A stretch of 64,000 nucleotides of DNA from Spirochaetales bacterium (GTDB lineage Bacteria > Spirochaetota > GWE2-31-10 > MWDO01), in NCBI GenBank assembly GCA_017540815.1, contig JAFYAI010000036.1:3637-67636 (forward strand), written 5' to 3'. How positions within the stretch are numbered: the first letter of the stretch is position 1; each line of letters begins with the position of its first letter. Positions 37,922-45,938 of this stretch are shown here, one piece after another. The notes beneath the pieces are model-generated. The model saw only the letters and a program-made list of their open reading frames with translations, searched no databases and was not told the origin of the DNA. The position numbers and the translations under genes were made by a program.

Positions 37922-37972
37922 AGCCGAACGGCGAAATTTTCCTTGTAGAATGAGAAATTTCGCCGTTCGGCT
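37922..37972 (+). promoter_or_regulatory. Perfect 18-bp-stem hairpin in the 5' leader of dinJ-yafQ (candidate operator or attenuator; no T-run)
   Basis: agccgaacggcgaaattt tccttgtagaatgag aaatttcgccgttcggct. Confidence 0.5.
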
Positions 37973-37995
37973 AAATCTGATATAGGAGATTTAAG

Positions 37996-38202
37996 ATGAC
38001 AATTACATTAAGAAATGTGGATTATCAATTTCTAAATATTATTCAAAGTCTATTGCCGTTATGTCAAAATGTTCAGATGGAGACAGAAGAAGAAATCCCC
38101 AATGAACTTACTATGCAAGTAATTGCAGACAGTGAATCCGGTAAAAATTTAAGTCCTGTCTATACCAATACATCGGATTTTATGGCGGCATTGAATGCTT
38201 GA
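37996..38202 (+). CDS. DinJ/RelB-like antitoxin
   Basis: C-terminal PNELTMQVIADSESGKNL...DFMAALN resembles the DinJ C-terminus. Overlaps the downstream yafQ-like toxin gene by 8 nt. Confidence 0.55.
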   Translation: MTITLRNVDYQFLNIIQSLLPLCQNVQMETEEEIPNELTMQVIADSESGKNLSPVYTNTSDFMAALNA

Positions 38203-38473
38203 TCTTCGCTTTACAGTACAATTCAAGAAGGATTATAAATTAGCTCAAAAAAGCGGTTATGATTTATCAGAATTTGAAACACTTGTAAATCGTTTGCGAA
38301 ATCAGCAGCCTCTTGATGTTAAATACAAAGATCATCCATTGAAAGGTAAATTGAAAAATCATCGGGATTTCCATTTGCATCCTGATTTGGTTGTTATTTA
38401 TCGTATTTGTCAAAATGAGTTAATACTAGAAATGGTTCGTATGGGGACTCATGCTGAATTGTTTAATAATTAA
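38195..38473 (+). CDS. yafQ: YafQ family toxin (RelE/ParE superfamily mRNA interferase)
   Basis: FKKDYKLAQKSGYDL...YKDHPLKGKLKNHRDFHLHPDLVVIYRI...LEMVRMGTHAELF matches YafQ along its length. Confidence 0.8.
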   Translation: MLDLRFTVQFKKDYKLAQKSGYDLSEFETLVNRLRNQQPLDVKYKDHPLKGKLKNHRDFHLHPDLVVIYRICQNELILEMVRMGTHAELFNN

Positions 38474-38543
38474 TCGATAAAATGAAACAAACCAAAAGAA
38501 ATAATTACGCTTTAATAAAATTCCCAAAATTTTCTCTATAAAT

Positions 38544-38572
38544 TTGACAAAATCCGCTGTGTGGTGTATAAT
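38544..38572 (+). promoter_or_regulatory. Sigma-70-type promoter (TTGACAAAATCC... family) for the caspase-gene islet
   Basis: ttgaca, 17 bp, tataat. Confidence 0.55.
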
Positions 38573-38579
38573 TATAGTA

Positions 38580-38766
38580 CAGATATAAGAATCGGTGCGA
38601 AGTCTGAACCCTTTGCACTGATTGAGGTGATTTCTATCCACCATCCTCATTCCATGGGTTGTTGCCGTCGGAAACAATGCCCGTAAGCAGGATGGAGGCA
38701 TTGGTGATTGTTGGTGGATAGGATTACTGTGCCCGGTTCAGCATTCTGCTGTAGGGCAGTCTTGTA
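38580..38766 (+). ncRNA. About 190-nt structured 5' leader (candidate riboregulator) upstream of the caspase-domain gene
   Basis: Nested pairings ctatccacca/tggtggatag and ccatcct/aggatgg enclose gggttgttgccg-tcgg-aaacaatgccc. GC-rich relative to flanks. No ORF. Confidence 0.35.
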
Positions 38767-38790
38767 TTGAGTCTACCCATGGAGCGAGCC

Positions 38791-40923
38791 ATGCAAAAAA
38801 GCGTTTGTCTGTATTTATTTCTATTCATTTCATTTACTGTTTCTTCATTATTATATGCAGAGCCTCGTCACGCATTGCTGATTGCGAATGGGGAGTATAA
38901 GCATTTTGCGGGATTAGCCAATCCGGTTGGAGAGGCAGATATGCTTGCAAAATCTTTGCGGCAACTTGGATTTGAAGTGACTATTAAACAGAATCTCTCA
39001 ATGGAACAAATGAAAGATGCTTTGTTTATATTTGAAGAGACAGTAAAACAATCAGGCGGTATAGCTTTTTTCCACTATGGTGGTCATGCTGTACAGGTCA
39101 AAGGTGAGAATTATCTAATCCCTACAGATGCTGATATTCCTGACGAACGTCGTGTAGATACAAGAGCATTGAATCTTGATGAAGTAATGGATAGTATGTG
39201 CGGCGAGATAAATATTGTAATCCTTGATGCATGCCGAAATAATCCATTGCCGTCAGGTGAAGGACGAAGTGCAAGCCGAGGTCTTTTGCCTATTACACAT
39301 AAACCTCAAAATTCCGTTATTGTTTATTCTGCTCAAGCAGGAGCTGTAGCTCAAGACGGAGTGTTTACACCTATAATGGCAGATAAAATATTAGAGCCAA
39401 AATCATTTTCCAAGATAATTCGTGATGTTCGTGTGGCTGTTAAAGAGAAAACAGTAAATATGCAAATTCCCGGTTGCTATGATGATTCAGATAATGATAT
39501 ATTTCTTGCTGGTATTGTAATGTCAGATGAGCAGAAGAAACTGGAAAATAGTAGAAAAGAATATGATGATCTTGAAAAAGAAATTGCTGATATTAAGGCG
39601 AGAATAAATGAAAAACGAAATGAAAAAGAGAACGAGTTGTCAATGCTTGAACTGCAAAAGAAAGAGGCGGCTGCAAAACAAAAGAAAATCGAACTAGAAC
39701 AACAACAAGAGTTGGAGAATAGACGGCAGGCAATGATCAAGCGTCAAAAAGAAATTCAAAGTGAATATGAGCAAAACCAACAGGAACAAGAATTACAGTT
39801 TATTAAAGTTCAGCAGGCAAATGCAGAAAAACAGAAACTTTTACAACAACTTCAAAAAGATGCAATCTCGATTGATGATATTATGGATAGTAATGATAAA
39901 CTTCAGAATGCGATAAATGAAGTGGCGAGTAATTATAATAATGCAAGGGACAAAGCATTAAGTCAGATTACCTCATTTTATAAACAAAAATTTGATGAAA
40001 TTGTGAATATGAAAAAAGAAAAATGGGAACGCCCCGAAGAATTTACAGAAAGGCAAAATGTTGAACGAACTACATATAGTGATAATGAGAAAGAAGAGTT
40101 GGAGCAAATTAATCAGCGATATAATAATGAAATTAAAGAAAGTACGAAAGAACTGAAACGACAGCTGAAAGAGAACGCTCAAAAAATAATCACTGTAACA
40201 AAAGATGTCAATGTGTTATTCGGAGAATATAATGATGTTGGGGAGTTTTTTCCTGCTTCTGTTTCCTATAATGGTAAATATGTCAGTATAGATGATTCGT
40301 TTGAGATAAGCATTAAAAGTGATAATGTAGCAGAACGGCGTGGCAAAGGAATAGAAATAGAAAATAAAATAAAATCCAATGGCTATGTCGGTGAGATTGA
40401 GCAGTGTTTGTCTGACGGCAAAGCGATGATTAGGAAATATCGTATTATAGACATATCAGATAATTCTGTATTGTTTGAGAAAGAAGTAAATAAAATCGGT
40501 ACAAATGTGCAAATTCAAAAGAAATATGAAGCGGCTGAGAAATATAAAAAACATACCTACGCTTACGGCAGTCTTATAGGCATTGGCAGTGGAATTGGTG
40601 CTGTGTCGCTTACACTTATACCTGTTGGAGCAGCTAATATGGCAGACTGCTATGAGCGTCGGCTTGATTACGGAGTTGGAGTTAGTGTAGCTATTCTTGG
40701 TGTCGGTTTTGGAACGGCTGTTGTATCGGCTATTATGCTTAGTGTGACTAGTGTTATTTGGTATCGTGATATTTCTGCGAATGGTATTAGATGGCAAATA
40801 AAGCGGTATAATTCATCAAGAATGACAGTGAAACAGAAAACCATAGCCACATTATCGACACTCGCTCCCAATGTTCTGTGTGGTGATGGTATTATAGAAG
40901 TAGGAATGAGGATTAGATTATAA
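38791..40923 (+). CDS. Secreted, membrane-anchored caspase-domain (peptidase C14) protein. Signal peptide and caspase domain, then about 150-aa coiled coil, a globular region, and two C-terminal TM helices
   Basis: HALLIANGEYKH...FFHYGGHAVQ (catalytic His) ... IVILDACRNNP (catalytic Cys). KKLENSRKEYDDLEKEIADIKARINEKRNEKENEL... heptad-rich. Hydrophobic C-terminus. Confidence 0.8.
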   Translation: MQKSVCLYLFLFISFTVSSLLYAEPRHALLIANGEYKHFAGLANPVGEADMLAKSLRQLGFEVTIKQNLSMEQMKDALFIFEETVKQSGGIAFFHYGGHAVQVKGENYLIPTDADIPDERRVDTRALNLDEVMDSMCGEINIVILDACRNNPLPSGEGRSASRGLLPITHKPQNSVIVYSAQAGAVAQDGVFTPIMADKILEPKSFSKIIRDVRVAVKEKTVNMQIPGCYDDSDNDIFLAGIVMSDEQKKLENSRKEYDDLEKEIADIKARINEKRNEKENELSMLELQKKEAAAKQKKIELEQQQELENRRQAMIKRQKEIQSEYEQNQQEQELQFIKVQQANAEKQKLLQQLQKDAISIDDIMDSNDKLQNAINEVASNYNNARDKALSQITSFYKQKFDEIVNMKKEKWERPEEFTERQNVERTTYSDNEKEELEQINQRYNNEIKESTKELKRQLKENAQKIITVTKDVNVLFGEYNDVGEFFPASVSYNGKYVSIDDSFEISIKSDNVAERRGKGIEIENKIKSNGYVGEIEQCLSDGKAMIRKYRIIDISDNSVLFEKEVNKIGTNVQIQKKYEAAEKYKKHTYAYGSLIGIGSGIGAVSLTLIPVGAANMADCYERRLDYGVGVSVAILGVGFGTAVVSAIMLSVTSVIWYRDISANGIRWQIKRYNSSRMTVKQKTIATLSTLAPNVLCGDGIIEVGMRIRL

Positions 40924-40971
40924 TAATCAATGGTTAGTTTGTCGTGGGTAATGCATAGTTAGGAGATTTAT

Positions 40972-42852
40972 ATGAAGAAGATTTGTTTGTTATTATTAAT
41001 TACGACTATTACTTTGTCAAGTTGTGTTTATGAAGGATTGAAATCGTTGTATGGTGATGAATGGATTGAAGAGCATACAACAGAAACTGGTGATACTGTT
41101 AATGATGGAGAGAAACAAACACCAATATTGATTATTAAAGATGACACAACTGACACAAGTTCTGAGATTTCTTATACTATTATATTTGATGCTAATGGCG
41201 GCAGTGGTGAGATGAATCCATTAACACTGCATAGTGGGGAAGCAATAACCTTACCGCTGTGTTCATTTATTGCACCAAGGGGGAAGGAATTTTCCTGTTG
41301 GCATGCTTCGGATAATAATTATGCGTCTTATTTTGGTAATGGGACTGTCGTAAAAAACTTGTTATCGGAAGATGGGGCGGTAGTTATATTGTCTGCTCAG
41401 TGGGCTAATTTGCCACAATATACTATCTCTTACTATAATACAAAAAATGCTTATAATGCTAATCCAGTCACATTTGATGAATCAGAATCTATTACTTTAC
41501 AAAGTTTGTCTATGACAGGATATGATTTTCTAGGTTGGTATGATGCTGAGAATGGCGGTACGCAAGTTACAGGCTGGGATGCAGGATGTAAAACATCTGA
41601 TGTTACATTATATGCACATTGTAATGCTCATACATATACAGTTATATATTACGGCAACGGCGGTATTGGGCAAACCAAGAGACAAACCGTATCCTACGGA
41701 GAGAGTTTTGCCCTGCGTGAGAATGGCTTTACAAGAGATGGTTATACATTCATTGGTTGGTGTACCAACAGTAATGGTGGCGGCACTGGATATAGTGCTG
41801 GACAGACTGTATCAAATTTGACTGCTGAAGACGGCGGAATTGTGGAGTTATATGCACTGTGGGAAGAAGATACGACAGATAAATGGAATATTAATAATGC
41901 AGGAAATATTACGCTAAACGGAGAAGAATTTCCGTTTACAAGTTTTGTGCAGGTTATATCTGAACCTGTGACGGTTGTGGGGAGTGAGCCTAATTGTTCT
42001 TATAATATTCCTGTTTCATATTTACCGACTGAACAGTTAAAAGGTGTTTTTGTTGCTGGCACTTCAACAACAATTAATCCATATTGTGTTGGGCGATATA
42101 CAGTGACGGATAAATTATATAAGACAGTAATGCATATAGAAAATGAATCTGATACAGAGATAAGCAAAATATTTCCGGTTATTAAAGTAAATTGGTACGA
42201 TGCTATTACATTTTGTAATAAACTTAGCATATTGGTTGGAAAGCAGACTTGTTATTCTGTAAAAGGGATTGCAGATTGGTTATCTATAAACTATTCAGAA
42301 ATTCCACATACAGGAGATGAAAGTTGGGATGTTAATGTTAATCCTAACGCAAACGGTTATAGATTACCAACTGAAGCAGAATGGGAGTTCGCTGCACGAG
42401 GTGGAGACCCAACAATAGAGGATTGGGATTATTATTATGCAGGAATAAAAACTAAAGGAGATTCTTTGTATCTTTGTAATGTTAAAGGTTCTAGTGGGAG
42501 GTCTATACTAGATCACTTATTATATAAGGTCGGTAGATCAGCTATAGAATCAATAGAATATACATCAATAGGAGGTACTAATGTCGATTATTATAAATGT
42601 TCCAAAGCAACCTCATTGGAGTCTGTTGGATTGAGACTCCCAAATAGATTAGGTATATATGACATGTCAGGTAATGTTGGAGAATGGTGTTGGGATAAGT
42701 ATGATGATAGTAATAAAAGAATATTGCGTGGAGGTAATTATTACGGCTGCCCTTCGACTTACAGTTGTTCTGTTTATTATCATGGATATTACTATGATTG
42801 TTCACGCGGAGAAGGTTGTAGTTTTAGGCTTGCTTATTCTAAGAGAGAGTAA
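40972..42852 (+). CDS. Lipoprotein with Flg_new repeats and C-terminal FGE-sulfatase (SUMF1/formylglycine-generating-enzyme-like) domain
   Basis: Lipobox LSSC. GYDFLGWYD...TLYAHC and GYTFIGWCT...ELYALW repeats. VNWYDAITFCNKLS...GYRLPTEAEWEFAARGG...GIYDMSGNVGEWCWD...ILRGGNY is the FGE-sulfatase signature. Confidence 0.75.
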   Translation: MKKICLLLLITTITLSSCVYEGLKSLYGDEWIEEHTTETGDTVNDGEKQTPILIIKDDTTDTSSEISYTIIFDANGGSGEMNPLTLHSGEAITLPLCSFIAPRGKEFSCWHASDNNYASYFGNGTVVKNLLSEDGAVVILSAQWANLPQYTISYYNTKNAYNANPVTFDESESITLQSLSMTGYDFLGWYDAENGGTQVTGWDAGCKTSDVTLYAHCNAHTYTVIYYGNGGIGQTKRQTVSYGESFALRENGFTRDGYTFIGWCTNSNGGGTGYSAGQTVSNLTAEDGGIVELYALWEEDTTDKWNINNAGNITLNGEEFPFTSFVQVISEPVTVVGSEPNCSYNIPVSYLPTEQLKGVFVAGTSTTINPYCVGRYTVTDKLYKTVMHIENESDTEISKIFPVIKVNWYDAITFCNKLSILVGKQTCYSVKGIADWLSINYSEIPHTGDESWDVNVNPNANGYRLPTEAEWEFAARGGDPTIEDWDYYYAGIKTKGDSLYLCNVKGSSGRSILDHLLYKVGRSAIESIEYTSIGGTNVDYYKCSKATSLESVGLRLPNRLGIYDMSGNVGEWCWDKYDDSNKRILRGGNYYGCPSTYSCSVYYHGYYYDCSRGEGCSFRLAYSKRE

Positions 42853-43078
42853 TTACTTGATAAGATTTATGCGATAGAGGAGTGATGGAAAGAGACTTGT
42901 TTTAAAATAGATTTGTTGAATAAATAATTTTGATAGTTGCAAAAGTTATAACTTTGTGTTACACTTGAAAGAATGCGAATGGAGATATAATCATCGAAAC
43001 GATGATTTAGTTAAAATTTTAAAGGAGATTTTGACTCTAAACTAGTCAAGAGCCTTAAATAATATATAGGAGTATAAT

Positions 43079-43774
43079 ATGGTAGAGTACCTTTGTTGTA
43101 TTAATTGGGATATGTGGAGTGCAATCGGAACTTGTGGAGCGGTGATAGCCGCTGTAATAATTGCTAATAAGCAGAATAACTTGTCTGAAAAGATTGCAGA
43201 CAAACAAGCCGGTCAAGAAGATTTACAGATTAGAATTTCATTGTTTGACAAGCGATATGAGATTTATCAATGCTTTATGAAATATTGGAATATTGCTAAT
43301 AAATATTTTGCAACTGAATGGAATGATCAGATGAACGACAGTTTGATTAAATTATATAACGAATTATTTGATAACAACAGCAGTGATGTTAGAGCCGAAA
43401 TGAAAAGTGAATATATAGATCTTAAAGAAAAGAATGCCATAAAGCCATCTACTCAAGAATTAGCCTATATTCAGCAACAAATATACAAAGAAGATAACAT
43501 TGTTGCAAATAAGGATTCTGATACCGTTTCTCGTATTGCTTTTTGTTTTGATAATATTCCATGTACAGATGATATAAAAGATTTGTTGAGTAAAATAACT
43601 AGAATAATAATAGATGTAGATAAAAATGGAACTACTCAGAAAGAAATATATAAAGACATTCAATCGACTATACAAATAATTCAAAATAATAAAGTTCAAG
43701 AAAAATTAGAAGAACAATTACAAATCTCTTATGATGATTTGAGAAAGAGTAAGAAGAAAAATAAAATAGTATAG
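43079..43774 (+). CDS. Small hypothetical membrane protein (one N-terminal TM), very AT-rich
   Basis: ORF with TM segment SAIGTCGAVIAAVIIA; no recognisable domain. Confidence 0.4.
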   Translation: MVEYLCCINWDMWSAIGTCGAVIAAVIIANKQNNLSEKIADKQAGQEDLQIRISLFDKRYEIYQCFMKYWNIANKYFATEWNDQMNDSLIKLYNELFDNNSSDVRAEMKSEYIDLKEKNAIKPSTQELAYIQQQIYKEDNIVANKDSDTVSRIAFCFDNIPCTDDIKDLLSKITRIIIDVDKNGTTQKEIYKDIQSTIQIIQNNKVQEKLEEQLQISYDDLRKSKKKNKIV

Positions 43775-44221
43775 TTCATCTCTCTGACAACATCTCCCCA
43801 CAGCAACTCAGGGCGGCACCCCAGCTGTGTTTTTGCGACGACATTCGGACTGTCCCCGAATAACTTCAGTGGTTAGAAGATGCACCGCCGCGGAAAATGT
43901 TGTTTATTAACCCCTCTTCGCTTCATCCTCACTCAAATCTTCTGTCAGATTTTTATAATCAAGACGTTCGATTGCAAATAATCCATGTTCAATCTGTTAG
44001 AAAATTTTGCTATTGCACAAACAGCAAAATTTCCATAAATTTTCATTATACTACACTCGTATTTAGCATTAACAGTAGGCGACGGAGCTGACCGACTGCC
44101 GTTTGTCGAAACACATTATCTTTTTGGTTTTTAGAATATTTTACTCATTTTCGGTCTCAAAATAAAAATCCAATATTTTTTTACATATTATGGCAAATTA
44201 TGCTATAATAAAGGAGCAGAA

Positions 44222-45070
44222 ATGGGTGAAAACAAGCAGATAAAGGACAGTTTATTTGTCGATTTGTTTCAAAATGATGTAACTGCGAAAGAGAATTTTT
44301 TGTCTCTGTATAATGCGATTAAGGGAACAGATTTGAAGTCGGAGAATACTGAGATCGTTCCGAAAAGATTAGAGCAGGTTGCTTATCGGTCTTTGTATAA
44401 TGATGTGTCGATGCTTGTAAATAATCGGCTGATAGTGCTGGTTGAACATCAGTCTACCGTGAATGAGAATATGCCGCTGAGATTTTTGCTATATGTGGCA
44501 CATTTGTATGAGGCTATTATCAAGACTCGTGATAAATATCGCAGGACTTTGGTGAAGATACCTACGCCTGAATTTTATGTGATATATAATGGAACAGAAG
44601 ATTATCCTGCGATGAAAGAGTTGCACCTGAAAGATGCGTTTATGGAATTACAGGCAGAAGCGAAACTTGATTTGACAGTAACAGTGTATAATGTAAATAA
44701 GCCGCAGGAATCGGGCATAGTGCAGCATTGTCGAATGCTGAATGATTACTGTAAGTTTATTGAGATAGTTAATGAAGAAAAAGATAAAGGAACGGAAGAA
44801 GGAATAAAACAGGCTTTAGAGAAAGCTCTAAAAATGGGATTGTTGCCAAACTATCTTGAAAGGAAGGTGAGCGAAGTGTATAATTTTTTATTGGGTGAAT
44901 ATGATTATGACACGGATATTGCCGTGCAGAGAGAAGAGGCTTTCGAGCAAGGTGCTTACAATGCAATGAGATCTTCGGCTCAGGCTATGCTTGAAATGAA
45001 TATTCCGATTGATCAGATTATGAAAATTACAAAATTACCAGAGGCAGAGATTTATTCACTGCGGCAATAA
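44222..45070 (+). CDS. Rpn family recombination-promoting nuclease / putative transposase (Transposase_31, PD-(D/E)XK YhgA-like)
   Basis: DSLFVDLFQN N-terminus, LIVLVEHQSTV motif, C-terminal helical MGLLP...E..A...G domain typical of Rpn/YhgA. Confidence 0.7.
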   Translation: MGENKQIKDSLFVDLFQNDVTAKENFLSLYNAIKGTDLKSENTEIVPKRLEQVAYRSLYNDVSMLVNNRLIVLVEHQSTVNENMPLRFLLYVAHLYEAIIKTRDKYRRTLVKIPTPEFYVIYNGTEDYPAMKELHLKDAFMELQAEAKLDLTVTVYNVNKPQESGIVQHCRMLNDYCKFIEIVNEEKDKGTEEGIKQALEKALKMGLLPNYLERKVSEVYNFLLGEYDYDTDIAVQREEAFEQGAYNAMRSSAQAMLEMNIPIDQIMKITKLPEAEIYSLRQ

Positions 45071-45082
45071 TATAACAAACGA

Positions 45083-45130
45083 AAAAACCACAATATTTTT
45101 TGCAACACAAAAAATATTGTGGTTTTTTCA
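45083..45130 (+). terminator. Rho-independent terminator
   Basis: aaaccacaatatttttt gcaacac aaaaaatattgtggttttttc. Confidence 0.85.
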
Positions 45131-45171
45131 AATTTCCTCTTGACAAGCACTCTCTAATATGGTATAAATAT

Positions 45172-45227
45172 ATCGATAAAAAGATACCGATAACTAAATA
45201 TCGATACTAATTTATCCGATAATAATA
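45172..45227. promoter_or_regulatory. Array of four (A/T)T(A/C)(T/C)CGATA half-palindromes at 14-18-bp spacing in the rex leader region
   Basis: atatcgata, ataccgata, atatcgata, tatccgata seen between the putative -10 and the rex start. Confidence 0.3.
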
Positions 45228-45244
45228 ATGCGGAGGTGAGCAGG

Positions 45245-45868
45245 ATGAGTGACATTTCCAAGCGAAGTATTGACAGACTGTCGCTGTATCTGCATTACCT
45301 GCGGGACAAGAAGGAGCAGGGCATTAAGGACATATCGTCGGTGACGATCGCAGGCGATATGAATATCAATGCCGTAACTGTCAAGAAAGACCTCGCCCGC
45401 ATTGCAGGACAGTCAGGCAAACCGAGGATTGGATTTGACATTGAGACGCTTATACATGATATTCAGACGGCACTCGGTTACAACAAATTGGACAATGTGG
45501 TGCTGGTTGGTGTCGGACAGTTGGGACATGTGCTTTTGTCATACAACGGATTCGCAGGATACGGACTCAATATCGTTGCCGGGTTTGATACCGATCAAAG
45601 CAAGGTCGGGACGGTTGTCTGCGGCAAGCCGATATTCCACATTGACAGACTTGCCGATGTTGTGTCGAAATACGATGTCAGGATGGGGATCATAACAGTG
45701 CCGAAAGAGCATGCTCAGGCGGCGGCAGACTGCATGATTGCAGCAGGCATTCAGGGATTGTGGAACTTCGCCCCGACGCACATTAACATCCCTGAGAATG
45801 TGATGATAAAAAATGAAGACTTGGCAAGCTCTCTTGCGATCTTGTCCAATGAACTTAGAAAGAAATAA
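45245..45868 (+). CDS. rex: Redox-sensing transcriptional repressor Rex
   Basis: SKRSIDRLSLYLHYLR winged-helix N-terminus and GVGQLGHVLL Rossmann motif. GGAGGTG RBS before ATG 45245. Confidence 0.85.
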   Translation: MSDISKRSIDRLSLYLHYLRDKKEQGIKDISSVTIAGDMNINAVTVKKDLARIAGQSGKPRIGFDIETLIHDIQTALGYNKLDNVVLVGVGQLGHVLLSYNGFAGYGLNIVAGFDTDQSKVGTVVCGKPIFHIDRLADVVSKYDVRMGIITVPKEHAQAAADCMIAAGIQGLWNFAPTHINIPENVMIKNEDLASSLAILSNELRKK

Positions 45869-45877
45869 TTTCCCGCC

Positions 45878-45904
45878 TGCACAGTCGCCGGCGGCGGCTG
45901 TGCA
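45878..45904 (+). promoter_or_regulatory. GC-rich 12-bp-stem hairpin between rex and adhE (possible attenuator or processing site)
   Basis: tgcacagtcgcc ggc ggcggctgtgca. Confidence 0.35.
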
Positions 45905-45938
45905 AGCGAAAAAAAATTATAAAAAAAAGGAGACGGCT

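Noticed and set aside
39477-40182. Antisense ORFs (87 aa and 69 aa) within the caspase gene coiled-coil region
   Set aside because: AAG/GAA-rich coiled-coil coding DNA gives open antisense frames (poly-F/S/L peptides); no independent support.
45813-45938. Upstream extension of adhE to 912 aa, overlapping rex
   Set aside because: It would overlap the rex C-terminus in another frame. The internal ATG at 45939 has a GGAG RBS and gives the canonical 870-aa AdhE length.
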